A stretch of DNA of 64,000 bases from Candidatus Rokuibacteriota bacterium. GTDB taxonomy: Bacteria > Methylomirabilota > Methylomirabilia > Rokubacteriales > CSP1-6. The translations under genes were made by a program, and so were the position numbers. The notes below the pieces were generated by a model, which saw nothing but the letters and a program-made list of their open reading frames with translations, had not been told where the DNA came from and ran no database searches. Position 1 is the stretch's first letter. Every line of letters begins with the position of its first letter. The stretch lies in the NCBI GenBank assembly GCA_003220225.1, contig QHRU01000045.1, forward strand, positions 2,586-66,585, written 5' to 3'. Below, piece by piece: positions 42,481-52,590 of the stretch.

Positions 42481-43794
42481 CTAGGAGGGCGGGAGGACGG
42501 GCTTGCGGCCGACCGAGTGGTATTCGAAGCCGAGACGGCGCATCCGCTCCGGCTCCCAGAGGTTGCGTCCGTCGAAGACGAGGGGGCGGCGCATGACCGC
42601 GCGCAGCCGCTCGAGGTTCAGGAACTTGAACTCGTTCCACTCCGTGACGAGGGCCACCGCGTCGGCGCCGGTGGCGGCGTCGTAGGGCGAGTCGCAGTAC
42701 TCGACGGCGCCCGGCAGCACGCGGCGCGCGTTGGCCGTGGCCACCGGGTCGTAGGCGCGCACGACGGCGCCGGCCGCGAGCAGCCCCGAGACCACCTCGA
42801 TGGACTTCGCGTCGCGCATGTCGTCGGTGTTGGGCTTGAAGGCCAGGCCGAGGACGGCGATGACGCGGCCGTCCATCGGGTTGAGCGCCTTCTCCATCGT
42901 CTCGACGAAGTGGCCCGCGCGCTCGCGGTTGACGTCCACCACCGCCCGCAGCATCGCGAAGTCGTAGCCGAGCGTGGCCGCGGTGGCCACCAGCGAGTCG
43001 GTGTCCTTGGGGAAGCACGAGCCGCCGAAGCCGAGGCCCGCCGACAGGAAGGCGGGGCCGATGCGCGGGTCGAGGCCCATGCCCTTCATGACCTGCGTCA
43101 CGTCGGCGCCCGCCAGCTCGCAGATGTTCGCGATGGCGTTGATGAACGAGATCTTGGCCGAGAGGAAGGCATTGGAGGCGTACTTGATCATCTCCGCCGA
43201 GGGCACGTCCACGATGATCATCGGCCGCTCGAGCGGCGCGTAGAGCTCCAGCAGCGACATGGCCACCTGCTGGGTCGGCGCGCCGATCACGATGCGGTCG
43301 GGCCGCAGCGTGTCCTCGATGGCCGAGCCCTCGCGCAAGAACTCGGGGTTGGAAACGACGTCGAACGGCACCCGCGTCTTCTGGTGGCGCTCGATCACGT
43401 CGCGCACGAAGTCGCCGGTGCCCACCGGCACCGTCGACTTGTTCACGACGACCGTGTAGCGCTCCATCGCCTCGCCGATGCCGCGCGCGACCTCGCCCAC
43501 GGCGGTGAGGTCGGTCTGGCCGTCGCTCTTGGGCGGGGTGCCGACCGTGATGAACACGATCACCGAGCGGCGGACGCCGTCCGCGAGGTCGGTCGAGAAC
43601 GACAGCCGGCCGTCGGCCACGTTGCGCGCGACCATCTCCTCGAGGCCCGGCTCGTAGATCGGCATGCGGCCCGCGCGCAGCTCGGCCACCTTGTCGGCCT
43701 GGTTGTCGACGCAGACGACCTCGTTGCCGAGGTCGGCGAACACCGCCCCCGTGACGAGGCCGACGTAGCCGGTTCCGACGACGCAGATATTCAT
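42481..43794 (-). CDS. ugd: UDP-glucose 6-dehydrogenase
   Basis: N-terminus MNICVVGTGYVGLVTGA. Catalytic Cys in GGSCFPKD. Confidence 0.9.
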   Translation of the reverse strand: MNICVVGTGYVGLVTGAVFADLGNEVVCVDNQADKVAELRAGRMPIYEPGLEEMVARNVADGRLSFSTDLADGVRRSVIVFITVGTPPKSDGQTDLTAVGEVARGIGEAMERYTVVVNKSTVPVGTGDFVRDVIERHQKTRVPFDVVSNPEFLREGSAIEDTLRPDRIVIGAPTQQVAMSLLELYAPLERPMIIVDVPSAEMIKYASNAFLSAKISFINAIANICELAGADVTQVMKGMGLDPRIGPAFLSAGLGFGGSCFPKDTDSLVATAATLGYDFAMLRAVVDVNRERAGHFVETMEKALNPMDGRVIAVLGLAFKPNTDDMRDAKSIEVVSGLLAAGAVVRAYDPVATANARRVLPGAVEYCDSPYDAATGADAVALVTEWNEFKFLNLERLRAVMRRPLVFDGRNLWEPERMRRLGFEYHSVGRKPVLPPS

Positions 43795-43898
43795 GACGAA
43801 CCGGCACTCATTCTAGCAGGGGCGCGCCGGTCCTCGGACAAATCTGCCGGCGCTTTGGAGAATTTACTCTCGACTGCGAGCGGGTGAGCGGGCGGGAC

Positions 43899-44096
43899 TC
43901 AGGCCGCGAACGGACCGTCGTCGTCGGGGTCGGGAGCGTCGAGACCGTCGATCTGGATGCGGGCGTCCCGCACCGCGTCGCTCAGCGAATCGAACCGCTG
44001 GCCAGAGATCGAGATGGTATTGCTCTCGTCGCGCGCCTTCCAGATCCACTCCTGACCGCTGCGTCCGACCGGCCTGAACTCAACCTTGACCGCCAT
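43899..44096 (-). CDS. DUF1508 (YegP-like) small protein
   Basis: Internal start MAVKVEF, with a GAGGGGAG Shine-Dalgarno ~8 nt upstream. Motif W.W......ISGQRF.S. Confidence 0.5.
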   Translation of the reverse strand: MAVKVEFRPVGRSGQEWIWKARDESNTISISGQRFDSLSDAVRDARIQIDGLDAPDPDDDGPFAA

Positions 44097-44195
44097 TGCC
44101 TGTCTCCCCTCGGGACCACGAGCTGCGTGGTCGGCGTCCACAAGGAATGCAATGAGGGTGCCACGCAGCAAGGCTTCGAACAGAGGCCGTCTTCT

Positions 44196-44996
44196 TCAGG
44201 CCGCTTCGTCGGCCTCGCGTTCGGCCCGGGCCCAACGGAAGAAAACCACTGTGAAGGCGACGACCGGAATGATGCCCGCCGGAACCCACATGATGACGCC
44301 GCCGAGCTGCTGGTCGGCCAGCGGCGTGAGGTCGAACACGCGGGGCGCCGCCGCGTAGTACGGGTAGAGCACGTGCTCGGCGCCCGTGATCAAGGCCGCC
44401 ACGACCGTCATCGGCATCCCGAACACGAACAGGTAGAGAATCTGGCCCGCGTACGGCAGCGCGGGCAGCCGCTCCGAGCGCGACAGGATCGGCCACCAGC
44501 CCAGCACGGAGGCGCCGAGCAGGACGAGATGCTCGACCACGTGCCAGGCGTGGGTCTCGAGCGCGGCGTTGTAAGGGCCGGGCAGGTGCCAGGCCACGAG
44601 CGCCACGCCGAAGGCGGCGAAGGCGGGCAGCGGGCGCGTCAGCCAGCGCAGCACGGGAGCGAGCCCGCGGAGCGACGCGGCGCGTCCGACGAGAGCGTCG
44701 AGCATGAAGCCCGGTGTGCCGGCGAGCCAGAGCGGCGGGACGACGAGCGTCAGCACGAGGTGCTGCACCATGTGCGCGGAGAAGAGGTAGTAGTCGCTCA
44801 GGTCGTGCAGCGGACCGTTCAGCGCAGCGAGCAGCGCCGCGCAGCCGGCGAAGAAGGCCAGCGGCGGCCCGAGCGGCGCGGGCCGCCGCGAGGCGACCGC
44901 GGCCCACGTATAGGCGGCCGCGAGCAGCACGACGCCCAGCAGGACGTCGAGGTGGACCTCGCCGCGGACCCAGGAGAAGGGCACCGGCGCCGCCAT
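44196..44996 (-). CDS. Cytochrome c oxidase caa3 assembly factor CtaG-like membrane protein
   Basis: A polytopic protein with paired His motifs (SAHMVQHLVL; HAWHVVEHLVLL). Confidence 0.7.
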   Translation of the reverse strand: MAAPVPFSWVRGEVHLDVLLGVVLLAAAYTWAAVASRRPAPLGPPLAFFAGCAALLAALNGPLHDLSDYYLFSAHMVQHLVLTLVVPPLWLAGTPGFMLDALVGRAASLRGLAPVLRWLTRPLPAFAAFGVALVAWHLPGPYNAALETHAWHVVEHLVLLGASVLGWWPILSRSERLPALPYAGQILYLFVFGMPMTVVAALITGAEHVLYPYYAAAPRVFDLTPLADQQLGGVIMWVPAGIIPVVAFTVVFFRWARAEREADEAA

Positions 44997-44999
44997 GCC

Positions 45000-45341
45000 T
45001 CAGTGACCGAAGACCAGGAATTCCCCGGTCAGCGTCATCACCGCGACCGCGAGCAGGGTGGCCAGCACCAGCGGGGCCACGAACAGGAACGTGAGCACGC
45101 GCGAGTCGTAGCGCAGGTGCATGAAGAACATCACGACGAGCGCGAACTTGCCGGCGGAGAGCACGAGCAGCAGCGGGATCAGGACCGGCGCGAGCCGGCG
45201 CACGTAGATGACGCCGAACTCGAGCGCGGTCACCGCGGTGAGGATGCCGGCGACGATCAGGTACGTGCGGATCGTCGCGTGCTCGTGCGTGGCGGGCTGC
45301 GCGTGGGTGGCCGGCTGTTCGCGCGCGCTCGGCTCGCTCAT
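45000..45341 (-). CDS. Cytochrome c oxidase subunit IV (small TM subunit)
   Basis: 113 aa with two TM helices. The start overlaps the subunit I/III stop (ATGA). Confidence 0.6.
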   Translation of the reverse strand: MSEPSAREQPATHAQPATHEHATIRTYLIVAGILTAVTALEFGVIYVRRLAPVLIPLLLVLSAGKFALVVMFFMHLRYDSRVLTFLFVAPLVLATLLAVAVMTLTGEFLVFGH

Positions 45342-47749
45342 GGGATCAGATAGACGAGGGTGAAGATCACGATCCAGACGACGTCGACGAAGTGCCAGTA
45401 GAGGCCGGCGACCTCGACCTTGACGGCGTCCGGCGTGCCCAGCCGTCCGCGGAGGTCGAGCCCGAGCAGGGTCAGCAGCCAGATCACGCCGAGCGTGACG
45501 TGGCCGCCGTGGAAGCCGGTCAGCACGAAGAAGGTCGAGCCGAAGAGGTTGGTCTGAAGCGTCAGCCCCTCGTGCACGAACGACGTGAACTCGTACGCCT
45601 GGAAGCCGAGGAAGATGAGGCCGAAGAAGGCCGTGCCCGCGAGCCAGAGCCGCGACTGGAACCGGTCGCCGCGCCGGACGGCGGCCAGGGCCAGCACCAT
45701 CAGGAGCGACGACATGAGCAGGTCGAACGTGCTCAGCGTCGTGATCGGGAGGTTGAGGATCTCGTGCGGGTGCGGGCCCACCACGCTGCGGCCCTTGTAG
45801 GCCATGTAGGTCGCGATCAGCGTCCCGAACAGGAAGCACTCGGAGCCCAGGAACACCCACATCGCGAGCTTGCGATGGTCCACGCCCAGCCCGCCCTCCT
45901 GGCGGACGTGGGCGGGGTTGCGATGGTGCTCCAGCGCGAAGGCGAACGAGCCACCGACGAGCACGGCGGCGCCGATCAGCACGAGGGCGAGGCTCGTGAG
46001 CGCGCCGACGGCGGCGACGACGATGCCGAGCGCGATCACGATCGGCCAGTGCGACGGCGCCGGCATGTGGATGCCGTGTGGGTCCGGCGCCGCCGGCCGC
46101 GGCGTCGGCTTGCGTCCCCGGCTGTCGCCGTACTTCTCGCGCCAGAACGAGTCCCGCGAGTACACGGGCGGGATCTCGTCGAAGTCGTGCGGCGGCGGCG
46201 GCGAGGAGGTGCGCCACTCGAGGGTGCGGCCGTCCCACGGGTCGGCCCCGGCGGGAGGCCCGCGCCGGAGCGAGAGCAGGGCGTTCACGGCGAACAGGAA
46301 GACGCCAAACGCGATGCCGAAGGCGCCGACGGTCGACCAGAAGTTCCAGAAGCCCCAGCCGGTGCCGGCCGCGTAGGTGTAGATGCGGCGCGGCATGCCG
46401 ATGGCGCCGAGGTAGTGCTGCGGGAAGAACGTGAGGTTGAAGCCGGCGAAGAGCACCCAGAAGCCCAGGCGCCCGAGCCGCTCGTCGAGCAGGCGGCCGG
46501 TCATCTTGGGCCACCAGTACGAGGCGCCGGCCAGGATGCCGAAGAGGCTGCCGCCGATGAGCACGTAGTGGAAGTGAGCCACCACGAAATAGGTGTCGGT
46601 CTGTTGCAGGTCCACCGGCGGCGAGGCGTGCATGACGCCCGAGAGACCGCCGATGGTGAAGAGGGCGACGAGCCCGGCCGCGTAGTGGAACGGGACGGTG
46701 GCGCGGATGGTGCCGCCCCACATCGTGGCCAGCCAGTTGAAGATCTTCACGCCGGTCGGGATGGCGATCAGCATGGTGGAGATCGCGAAGAACGCGTCGG
46801 CCACCGGGCCCATGCCGGCCGCGAACATGTGGTGGCTCCACACGCCGAAGCCGAAGAAGCCGATGAGCACGCCGGAGTAGATCATGACCTGCCCGCCGAA
46901 CAGCGGCTTGCGCGAGAAGGTCGGCAGCACCTCCGAGACGATGCCGAAGGCGGGCAGGATCAGGATGTAGACCTCGGGGTGGCCGAAGATCCAGAAGAGG
47001 TGCTGCCACAGGTGCAGGTCGCCGCCGGCGGCCACGTCGTAGAAGTGGGTGCCGAAGAAGCGGTCGAACATCAGGAAGATCAGCCCCACCGTGATCGGCG
47101 GGAAGGCGAGCACGATCAGGAACTGCACGACCAGCGACATCCAGACGAACAGCGGCATGCGCATGAGCGTCATGCCCGGCGCGCGCATGTTCAGGATGGT
47201 CACGATGAAGTTCACGGCGGCCATGATCGACGAGGCGCCGAGGATCTGGAGGCTGAGCATCCAGAAGTCGATCTCCGGCCCCGGCGAGAACTGGCGCGTG
47301 GTGAGGTTGGCGTAGCCGAACCAGCCGCCGTTCGGTGGCGCGCCGACGAGGAAGCTCGCGTTCAGGAAGAGGCCGCCGAGCAGCAAGATCCAGTACGAGA
47401 GCGCGTTGAGCCGCGGGAAGGCGACGTCGCGCGCGCCGATCATGAGCGGGATCATGTAATTGAAGAACGCCGCGTTGAGCGGCATGATCGCGAGGAACAC
47501 CATCGTGGTGCCGTGCATGGTGAACAGCGCGTTGAACGTCTCCGCGCCCACCACGGCGCCGTGCGGGCGCGCCAGCTGCAGGCGGATGATCAGGGCCTCG
47601 ATGCCGCCGATGACCAGGAATGCGAACGCCGTCACGCCGTAGAGGATCCCGATGCGCTTGTGATCGACCGTCGTCACCCACGACCAGACGCCCGTGCCCT
47701 CGCCCGCGTGGACGAGCTCGTGCTGCCGCAGCGCGTGCGGGATCGCCAT
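45338..47749 (-). CDS. Cytochrome c oxidase subunit I fused to subunit III (caa3-type)
   Basis: A single 803-aa frame. Subunit I motifs (WFFGHPEVY; HHMF) are followed, without a stop, by a subunit III-like C-terminus (FFVLTGFHGGHVTLG ... YWHFVDVVW). Confidence 0.9.
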   Translation of the reverse strand: MAIPHALRQHELVHAGEGTGVWSWVTTVDHKRIGILYGVTAFAFLVIGGIEALIIRLQLARPHGAVVGAETFNALFTMHGTTMVFLAIMPLNAAFFNYMIPLMIGARDVAFPRLNALSYWILLLGGLFLNASFLVGAPPNGGWFGYANLTTRQFSPGPEIDFWMLSLQILGASSIMAAVNFIVTILNMRAPGMTLMRMPLFVWMSLVVQFLIVLAFPPITVGLIFLMFDRFFGTHFYDVAAGGDLHLWQHLFWIFGHPEVYILILPAFGIVSEVLPTFSRKPLFGGQVMIYSGVLIGFFGFGVWSHHMFAAGMGPVADAFFAISTMLIAIPTGVKIFNWLATMWGGTIRATVPFHYAAGLVALFTIGGLSGVMHASPPVDLQQTDTYFVVAHFHYVLIGGSLFGILAGASYWWPKMTGRLLDERLGRLGFWVLFAGFNLTFFPQHYLGAIGMPRRIYTYAAGTGWGFWNFWSTVGAFGIAFGVFLFAVNALLSLRRGPPAGADPWDGRTLEWRTSSPPPPHDFDEIPPVYSRDSFWREKYGDSRGRKPTPRPAAPDPHGIHMPAPSHWPIVIALGIVVAAVGALTSLALVLIGAAVLVGGSFAFALEHHRNPAHVRQEGGLGVDHRKLAMWVFLGSECFLFGTLIATYMAYKGRSVVGPHPHEILNLPITTLSTFDLLMSSLLMVLALAAVRRGDRFQSRLWLAGTAFFGLIFLGFQAYEFTSFVHEGLTLQTNLFGSTFFVLTGFHGGHVTLGVIWLLTLLGLDLRGRLGTPDAVKVEVAGLYWHFVDVVWIVIFTLVYLIP

Positions 47750-48759
47750 CACTTCAGTCCCGTCAGATACGCGGCGACGGCCTTCGCCTGCTCGTCCGTC
47801 AGGCCGAGGTCCGGCATCTTCACGCCCGGCTTGAGCCGCTGCGGGTCGCGCACCCACGCCGCGACGTTGTCCGGCGTGTTCGGCCACATGCCGGCCGCGA
47901 GCATGGTGCGGCCGCCGAAGTGGCTGAGGTTCGGCCCCAGCACGCCGCCCGACACGCCGGCGATCGTGTGGCAGCCGACGCACGCGCTCCTCGCGAAGAT
48001 CGCCTTGCCCTCGGCGGCGAGACCGGCCGGCTCCGCCGGCGCCGCCTTCTGGCGCGCCACCCAGGCGTCGAACTCCGCGGAGGCCTGCACGATCACACGC
48101 AGGCCCATGTTGGCGTGCGAGGCGCCGCAGAACTCCGCGCACTGTCCCCAGTGCTCGCCGGGACGCTCGGGCGTGAGCACGATGCGGTTGTGGCGGCCGG
48201 GGACGACGTCGCGCTTGCCGCCGAGACGCGGCACCCAGAACGAGTGGATGACGTCGGGCCCCTCGAGATCGAGCACGACCGCGCGGCCGACGGGCAGGTG
48301 CAGCTCGTTGGCGGTGACGACGTCGAGGTCGGGATAGCGGAACTCCCACCACCACTGCCAGCCGCGCACCGTCACGCGCAGCGCGTCGCGCGGCGCGGCC
48401 ACGCCCTGCGTGCGGAAGGTGAGCTGGATCGTCGGGACCGCGATCACGAGCAGCACGAGGGCCGGCACGATCGTCCAGGCGATCTCCATGAGGGTGTGGC
48501 CGCGGATCTGCGCGGGCAGCGGCGCCTCCGGCCGCGCGCGGAAGCGCACGAGAATCCAGAGAAGGACGACGAAGACGAGGAGCCCGATGACGGCGGTGAT
48601 CCACGTGATGAGCGCATACAGCCAGAGGGTCGCGCGGGCGAAGTCGGAGCCGGGGACCACGGTGGACATCGGACCGTCCCATGCGCAGCCACCGACGAGC
48701 AGGACGAGCGCGGCGAGCGCGACGCGGACGACGAGCGTTCCGCTCGGAACGAGGTCCAC
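47749..48759 (-). CDS. Cytochrome c oxidase subunit II with C-terminal cytochrome c domain (putative lipoprotein)
   Basis: CuA site CAEFCGASHANM; heme-c CVGCH. A GTG start at 48759 gives a lipobox-like LLVGGC. An alternative ATG lies at 48669. Confidence 0.8.
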   Translation of the reverse strand: MDLVPSGTLVVRVALAALVLLVGGCAWDGPMSTVVPGSDFARATLWLYALITWITAVIGLLVFVVLLWILVRFRARPEAPLPAQIRGHTLMEIAWTIVPALVLLVIAVPTIQLTFRTQGVAAPRDALRVTVRGWQWWWEFRYPDLDVVTANELHLPVGRAVVLDLEGPDVIHSFWVPRLGGKRDVVPGRHNRIVLTPERPGEHWGQCAEFCGASHANMGLRVIVQASAEFDAWVARQKAAPAEPAGLAAEGKAIFARSACVGCHTIAGVSGGVLGPNLSHFGGRTMLAAGMWPNTPDNVAAWVRDPQRLKPGVKMPDLGLTDEQAKAVAAYLTGLK

Positions 48760-48824
48760 GCCGACTGACGGTACCGCTCCCTCCGGGCCTCCGCAACCGG
48801 GGCGGACGCGCGCCGCCGCGTCCG

Positions 48825-50063
48825 CTACGCGGCGAGACGCAGGAGCGTGTGCAGCAGCACGTTGGCGCCGCGCTCGATGGCGTCCCAGTCGCTCATCTCG
48901 TCGACGCGGTGGCTCCGGCCGCCGCGCGACGGGATGAAGATCATGCCGGCGTCGGTGACCCCGGCGAGATTCTGGGCGTCGTGGCCGGCCGCGGAGTAGA
49001 GGCGCCGCGAGGCCAGGCCGAGGGCCGCGCACGCCGCCTCGATCGTCTCCTGCACGCGCGGCGCGCACGGCGCCGGCGTCGTGGCCGATATCGGCCGCAG
49101 CTCCACCGTGAGCCCGCGCGCCGCCGCCACCTCGCGCGCGAGCGCCTCGCAGTCGCGGGCGAGTCGCTCGAGCACGGCGGCGTCGGGGTCCCTGATCTCG
49201 TGCACCAGCTCGGCGCGGCCGGGCACGATGTTGCTGGCGCCGGGATGGACGTGCACGACGCCGAAGTTCGTGACGGCGCGTGCGCCGCCGCGGCTGATGA
49301 CGAGCTCGCGCGCCTTCAGCGCGTAATCGGCCGCGCCCAGGAAGGCGTCGCGGCGGCGCTCCATCGGCGTGGTGCCGGCGTGATCGGCCTGGCCGTGGAA
49401 GACGACACGCGCGCGGCGCGCGCCGACGATGGTCTCCACCACGCCGATCGGGATGCCCGCCTCCTCGAGCCGCGCGCCCTGCTCGATGTGCAGCTCGACG
49501 TAGGCGGCGACGCCGCCGGGCGGCGCGGCGGCCTCGGGGGCGCGATGCGCGTCGAAGCCCGCGCGGCCCATGGCCTCGACGAGCCGGTCGCCGTCGACGG
49601 CGGCCATGCTCGGGATGGCCGCGGGGTCGAGGCGGCCGCAGAAGGCGCGCGAGCCGAAGAGGCTTCCGTAGCGGCCCTCCTCGTCGCTCCACGCCGCCAC
49701 CGCCAGCGGCCGCGCGGGCCGTATCGCGGCCTCACGGATCGTGTGCAGGCACTCGAGCCCCGCCATCACGCCCAGCGCGCCGTCGAGGATGCCGCCCTCG
49801 GGGACGGTGTCGATGTGCGAGCCGGTGAGGACGACGGGCGCGTCGGGACTCACCCGGTCCGCGCCGAGACCGCCGAAGACGTTGCCGGCGGGATCGACCC
49901 ACGTCGCGAGCCCGGCCGTTTTCGCCTCGCCGAGCAGCCACGCGCGCGCCTGCTCGTACGGCGGGCTCCAGCACATGCGCGTCACGCCGCCGCCGGGCAG
50001 CGCGCCGAAGCGCGCGAGTGCGAGCAGGCGATCTTTCAGACGCGGCAGCGACACGGACAGCAC
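48825..50063 (-). CDS. M20-family Zn-dependent amidohydrolase (allantoate amidohydrolase / N-carbamoyl-amino-acid hydrolase-like)
   Basis: The protein is 412 aa with motifs GSHIDTVP ... DEEG ... HAGTTPM. Confidence 0.8.
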   Translation of the reverse strand: MLSVSLPRLKDRLLALARFGALPGGGVTRMCWSPPYEQARAWLLGEAKTAGLATWVDPAGNVFGGLGADRVSPDAPVVLTGSHIDTVPEGGILDGALGVMAGLECLHTIREAAIRPARPLAVAAWSDEEGRYGSLFGSRAFCGRLDPAAIPSMAAVDGDRLVEAMGRAGFDAHRAPEAAAPPGGVAAYVELHIEQGARLEEAGIPIGVVETIVGARRARVVFHGQADHAGTTPMERRRDAFLGAADYALKARELVISRGGARAVTNFGVVHVHPGASNIVPGRAELVHEIRDPDAAVLERLARDCEALAREVAAARGLTVELRPISATTPAPCAPRVQETIEAACAALGLASRRLYSAAGHDAQNLAGVTDAGMIFIPSRGGRSHRVDEMSDWDAIERGANVLLHTLLRLAA

Positions 50064-50162
50064 GATCCCGGAGTATATCGCCTTGACTTCGCCGCAGGGC
50101 CGTCCCTAGAATGAACCACCGTTCAGTCAGCGCCCGCTGACCTCATCCCCAGGAGGGGACTG

Positions 50163-51353
50163 TTGGATTTCACACTGACTCCCGATCAAGAGGCGCTGCG
50201 CGCACGCGTGCGCACGTGGCTCACCGCTCACATCCCCGAGGACTGGAAGAAGTTCGGGCTGTCGGAGGTCCCGCGGCCCGAGGCCTATGAATTCCTGCGC
50301 AAGTGGCAGAAGACGCTGCACGACGCGGGGTTCATCGGGTTGACGTGGCCCAAGGAGTACGGCGGCCAGGGGCTGACCTTCGTCGAGGAGATTTTGCTCC
50401 ACGAGGAGATGGCGCTGGCCAAGGCGCCGCCCATGCTCAACATCCTCGGCGTGGGCATGGCCGGGCCGACGATCATTGCGTACGGCACCGAGGAGCAGAA
50501 GCAGCGCTACCCGGCCAAGATCCTGTCCTGCGAGGAGATCTGGTGTCAGGGCTACTCGGAGCCGAACTCGGGCTCCGATCTCGCCTCCCTGCAGACGCGC
50601 GCCGTCAAGGACGGCGAGTACTGGGTGATCAACGGGCAGAAGGTGTGGACCTCGCTCGCCCACGTCGCCGACTACATGATGCTGCTCGCCCGCACCGATC
50701 CCGCCGCGCCCAAGCACAAGGGCATCACCTATTTCCTGCTCGACATGAAATTGCCGGGCGTGACCGTCAAGCCGCTCAGGCAGATCACCGGTGACGCGGA
50801 GTTCAACGAGGTCTTCTTCGACAACGTCCGCGTGCACGAGAGCCAGGTCCTGGGCGGCGTCAACAACGGCTGGGCGGTGGGCCTCACCACGCTGATGTAC
50901 GAGCGGCTCGCGCTCGGCTTCGGTCTTCAGGTGAGGCTGCGCATCACGCTGCAGTCGCTCGTCGACATGGCCAAGCGCATCGAGAAGAACGGCCGCGCGA
51001 TCACCAAGGACCCCGTGATGCGGCAGAAGCTCGCCGCCCTCTGGATCGACACCGAGGCGCTCAAGTACACCGGCGCCCGCGCCGTCACGAAGCTGCTGCG
51101 GGGCGAGCTGCCGGGGCCCGAGGCCTCGACGGGCAAGATGGGCTGGGTCGAGACTCACCAGCGCCTGCAAGAGCTGGCCATGGAGATCCAGGGGCCGTAC
51201 GCGATGCTCGCGCGCGGAGCGGACGCCGCCGTCGACAGCGGGGTGTGGCAGTATTCGTTCCTCCGGTCGCGCGCCAACTCGATCGAGGGCGGCACGACCG
51301 AGATCCAGAAGAACATCATCGGCGAGCGCGTGCTCGGGCTGCCGAAGGGCTAG
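50163..51353 (+). CDS. Acyl-CoA dehydrogenase
   Basis: The protein is 396 aa with the ACAD N/M/C domain pattern; the C-terminus reads EGGTTEIQKNIIGE. Confidence 0.9.
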   Translation: MDFTLTPDQEALRARVRTWLTAHIPEDWKKFGLSEVPRPEAYEFLRKWQKTLHDAGFIGLTWPKEYGGQGLTFVEEILLHEEMALAKAPPMLNILGVGMAGPTIIAYGTEEQKQRYPAKILSCEEIWCQGYSEPNSGSDLASLQTRAVKDGEYWVINGQKVWTSLAHVADYMMLLARTDPAAPKHKGITYFLLDMKLPGVTVKPLRQITGDAEFNEVFFDNVRVHESQVLGGVNNGWAVGLTTLMYERLALGFGLQVRLRITLQSLVDMAKRIEKNGRAITKDPVMRQKLAALWIDTEALKYTGARAVTKLLRGELPGPEASTGKMGWVETHQRLQELAMEIQGPYAMLARGADAAVDSGVWQYSFLRSRANSIEGGTTEIQKNIIGERVLGLPKG

Positions 51354-51371
51354 GAAACTCGCGTGATCGAG

Positions 51372-51440
51372 GCGCGCCACGGCTTTGCCGGGGCGTGCCG
51401 AGCGCTGGGGGGTGTGGGGGGCCATTTCGGGGCCCCCCAC
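51372..51440. repeat. REP/MITE-like element, copy F (tail + hairpin), abutting the RBS of the downstream ACAD gene
   Basis: gcgccacggctttgccggggcgtgccgagcgctggggggtgtggggggccatttcggggccccccac. It is followed by ccaggagagacgcATG. Confidence 0.6.
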
Positions 51441-51453
51441 CCAGGAGAGACGC

Positions 51454-52590
51454 ATGGACTTCGGGTTCAACGCCGACCAGGAGATGCTTCGGGCGACCGC
51501 GCGGAAGTTCCTCGAGAACGAGTGCACGTCCGAGTTCGTCCGCGCCCGCATGGCCGAGGACGCGGGCTTCACTCCGGAGTTCTGGACCAAGCTCGCCGAG
51601 CAGGGCTGGCTGGGCCTCGTCTATCCCGAAGCCTACGGCGGCGCCGGGCTCGGCTTCGTCGACCTCACCGTGCTGATGGAGGAGATGGGGCGCGCGGTCA
51701 TGCCGGGCCCGTTCTTCTCGACGCTGCTGGGCGGCCTGGCAATTCTGGAGGCCGGCTCCGACGCCCAGAAGAAGGAGTGGATCACGAAGGTGGCCGAGGG
51801 CGAGGCGCGCGTGACGCTGGCGTGGACCGAGCCGAGCGCGCGCTGGGACGCCGCCGGGATCACGACGGCGGCCAAGGCCAGCGCCGGCGGCTTCACGCTG
51901 TCGGGCACCAAGCTGTTCGTCCCCGACGCGCACGTCGCCGAGGCGCTCGTGGTGGCTGCGCGCACGCGCGAGGGCAAGAACGCGGACGACGGCGTGAGCC
52001 TCTTCCTGGTGCCCAAGGGCACGAAGGGCCTGTCGGTGAAGCTGCTGCCGACGATGGACCAGACGCGCAAGCTCTGCGAGGTGAAGCTGAACGACGTCAG
52101 CGTGCCCGCGGGCGCGCTGCTCGGTCAGAAGGACGGCGGATGGGCGCCGCTGGCCCGCGTCCTCGAGCGCGCCACCGTCGCGCTCTGCGCGGAGATGTGC
52201 GGGGGCGCGCAGAAGGTCCTCGACATGACCACGGAATACGCGAAGATCCGCATCGCCTTCGGCAAGCCGATCGGCTCGTACCAGGGCGTGAAGCACAAGG
52301 CGGCCGACATGCTCGTGGACGTCGAGAACGCCAAGTCGCTGACCTACTACGCGGCATGGGCGGTGGACGAGAACGTCCCCGAGGCGGCGCTGGCGGCGTC
52401 GATGGCGAAGGCGTACACCTCGGACGCGTTCCGCAAGGTGTCCGGCGCCGGCATCCAGCTGCACGGCGGCATCGGCTTCACCTGGGAGCACGACCTGCAC
52501 CTCTATTTCAAGCGCGCGAAGTCCTCGGAGGCGACCTTCGGGGACGCGACGTACCACCGCGAGCGCGTCGCCCAGCTGATCAGCTTGTAG
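51454..52590 (+). CDS. Acyl-CoA dehydrogenase
   Basis: Internal ATG (MDFGFNADQEML), with an AGGAGA Shine-Dalgarno 6 nt upstream. The protein is 378 aa. Confidence 0.9.
   Translation: MDFGFNADQEMLRATARKFLENECTSEFVRARMAEDAGFTPEFWTKLAEQGWLGLVYPEAYGGAGLGFVDLTVLMEEMGRAVMPGPFFSTLLGGLAILEAGSDAQKKEWITKVAEGEARVTLAWTEPSARWDAAGITTAAKASAGGFTLSGTKLFVPDAHVAEALVVAARTREGKNADDGVSLFLVPKGTKGLSVKLLPTMDQTRKLCEVKLNDVSVPAGALLGQKDGGWAPLARVLERATVALCAEMCGGAQKVLDMTTEYAKIRIAFGKPIGSYQGVKHKAADMLVDVENAKSLTYYAAWAVDENVPEAALAASMAKAYTSDAFRKVSGAGIQLHGGIGFTWEHDLHLYFKRAKSSEATFGDATYHRERVAQLISL

Noticed and set aside
50127-51590. 487-aa minus-strand ORF antisense to the first acyl-CoA dehydrogenase
   Set aside because: It is antisense to a gene with clear ACAD homology. 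Part of its translation is just the REP-like element at 51372-51440 read in reverse.
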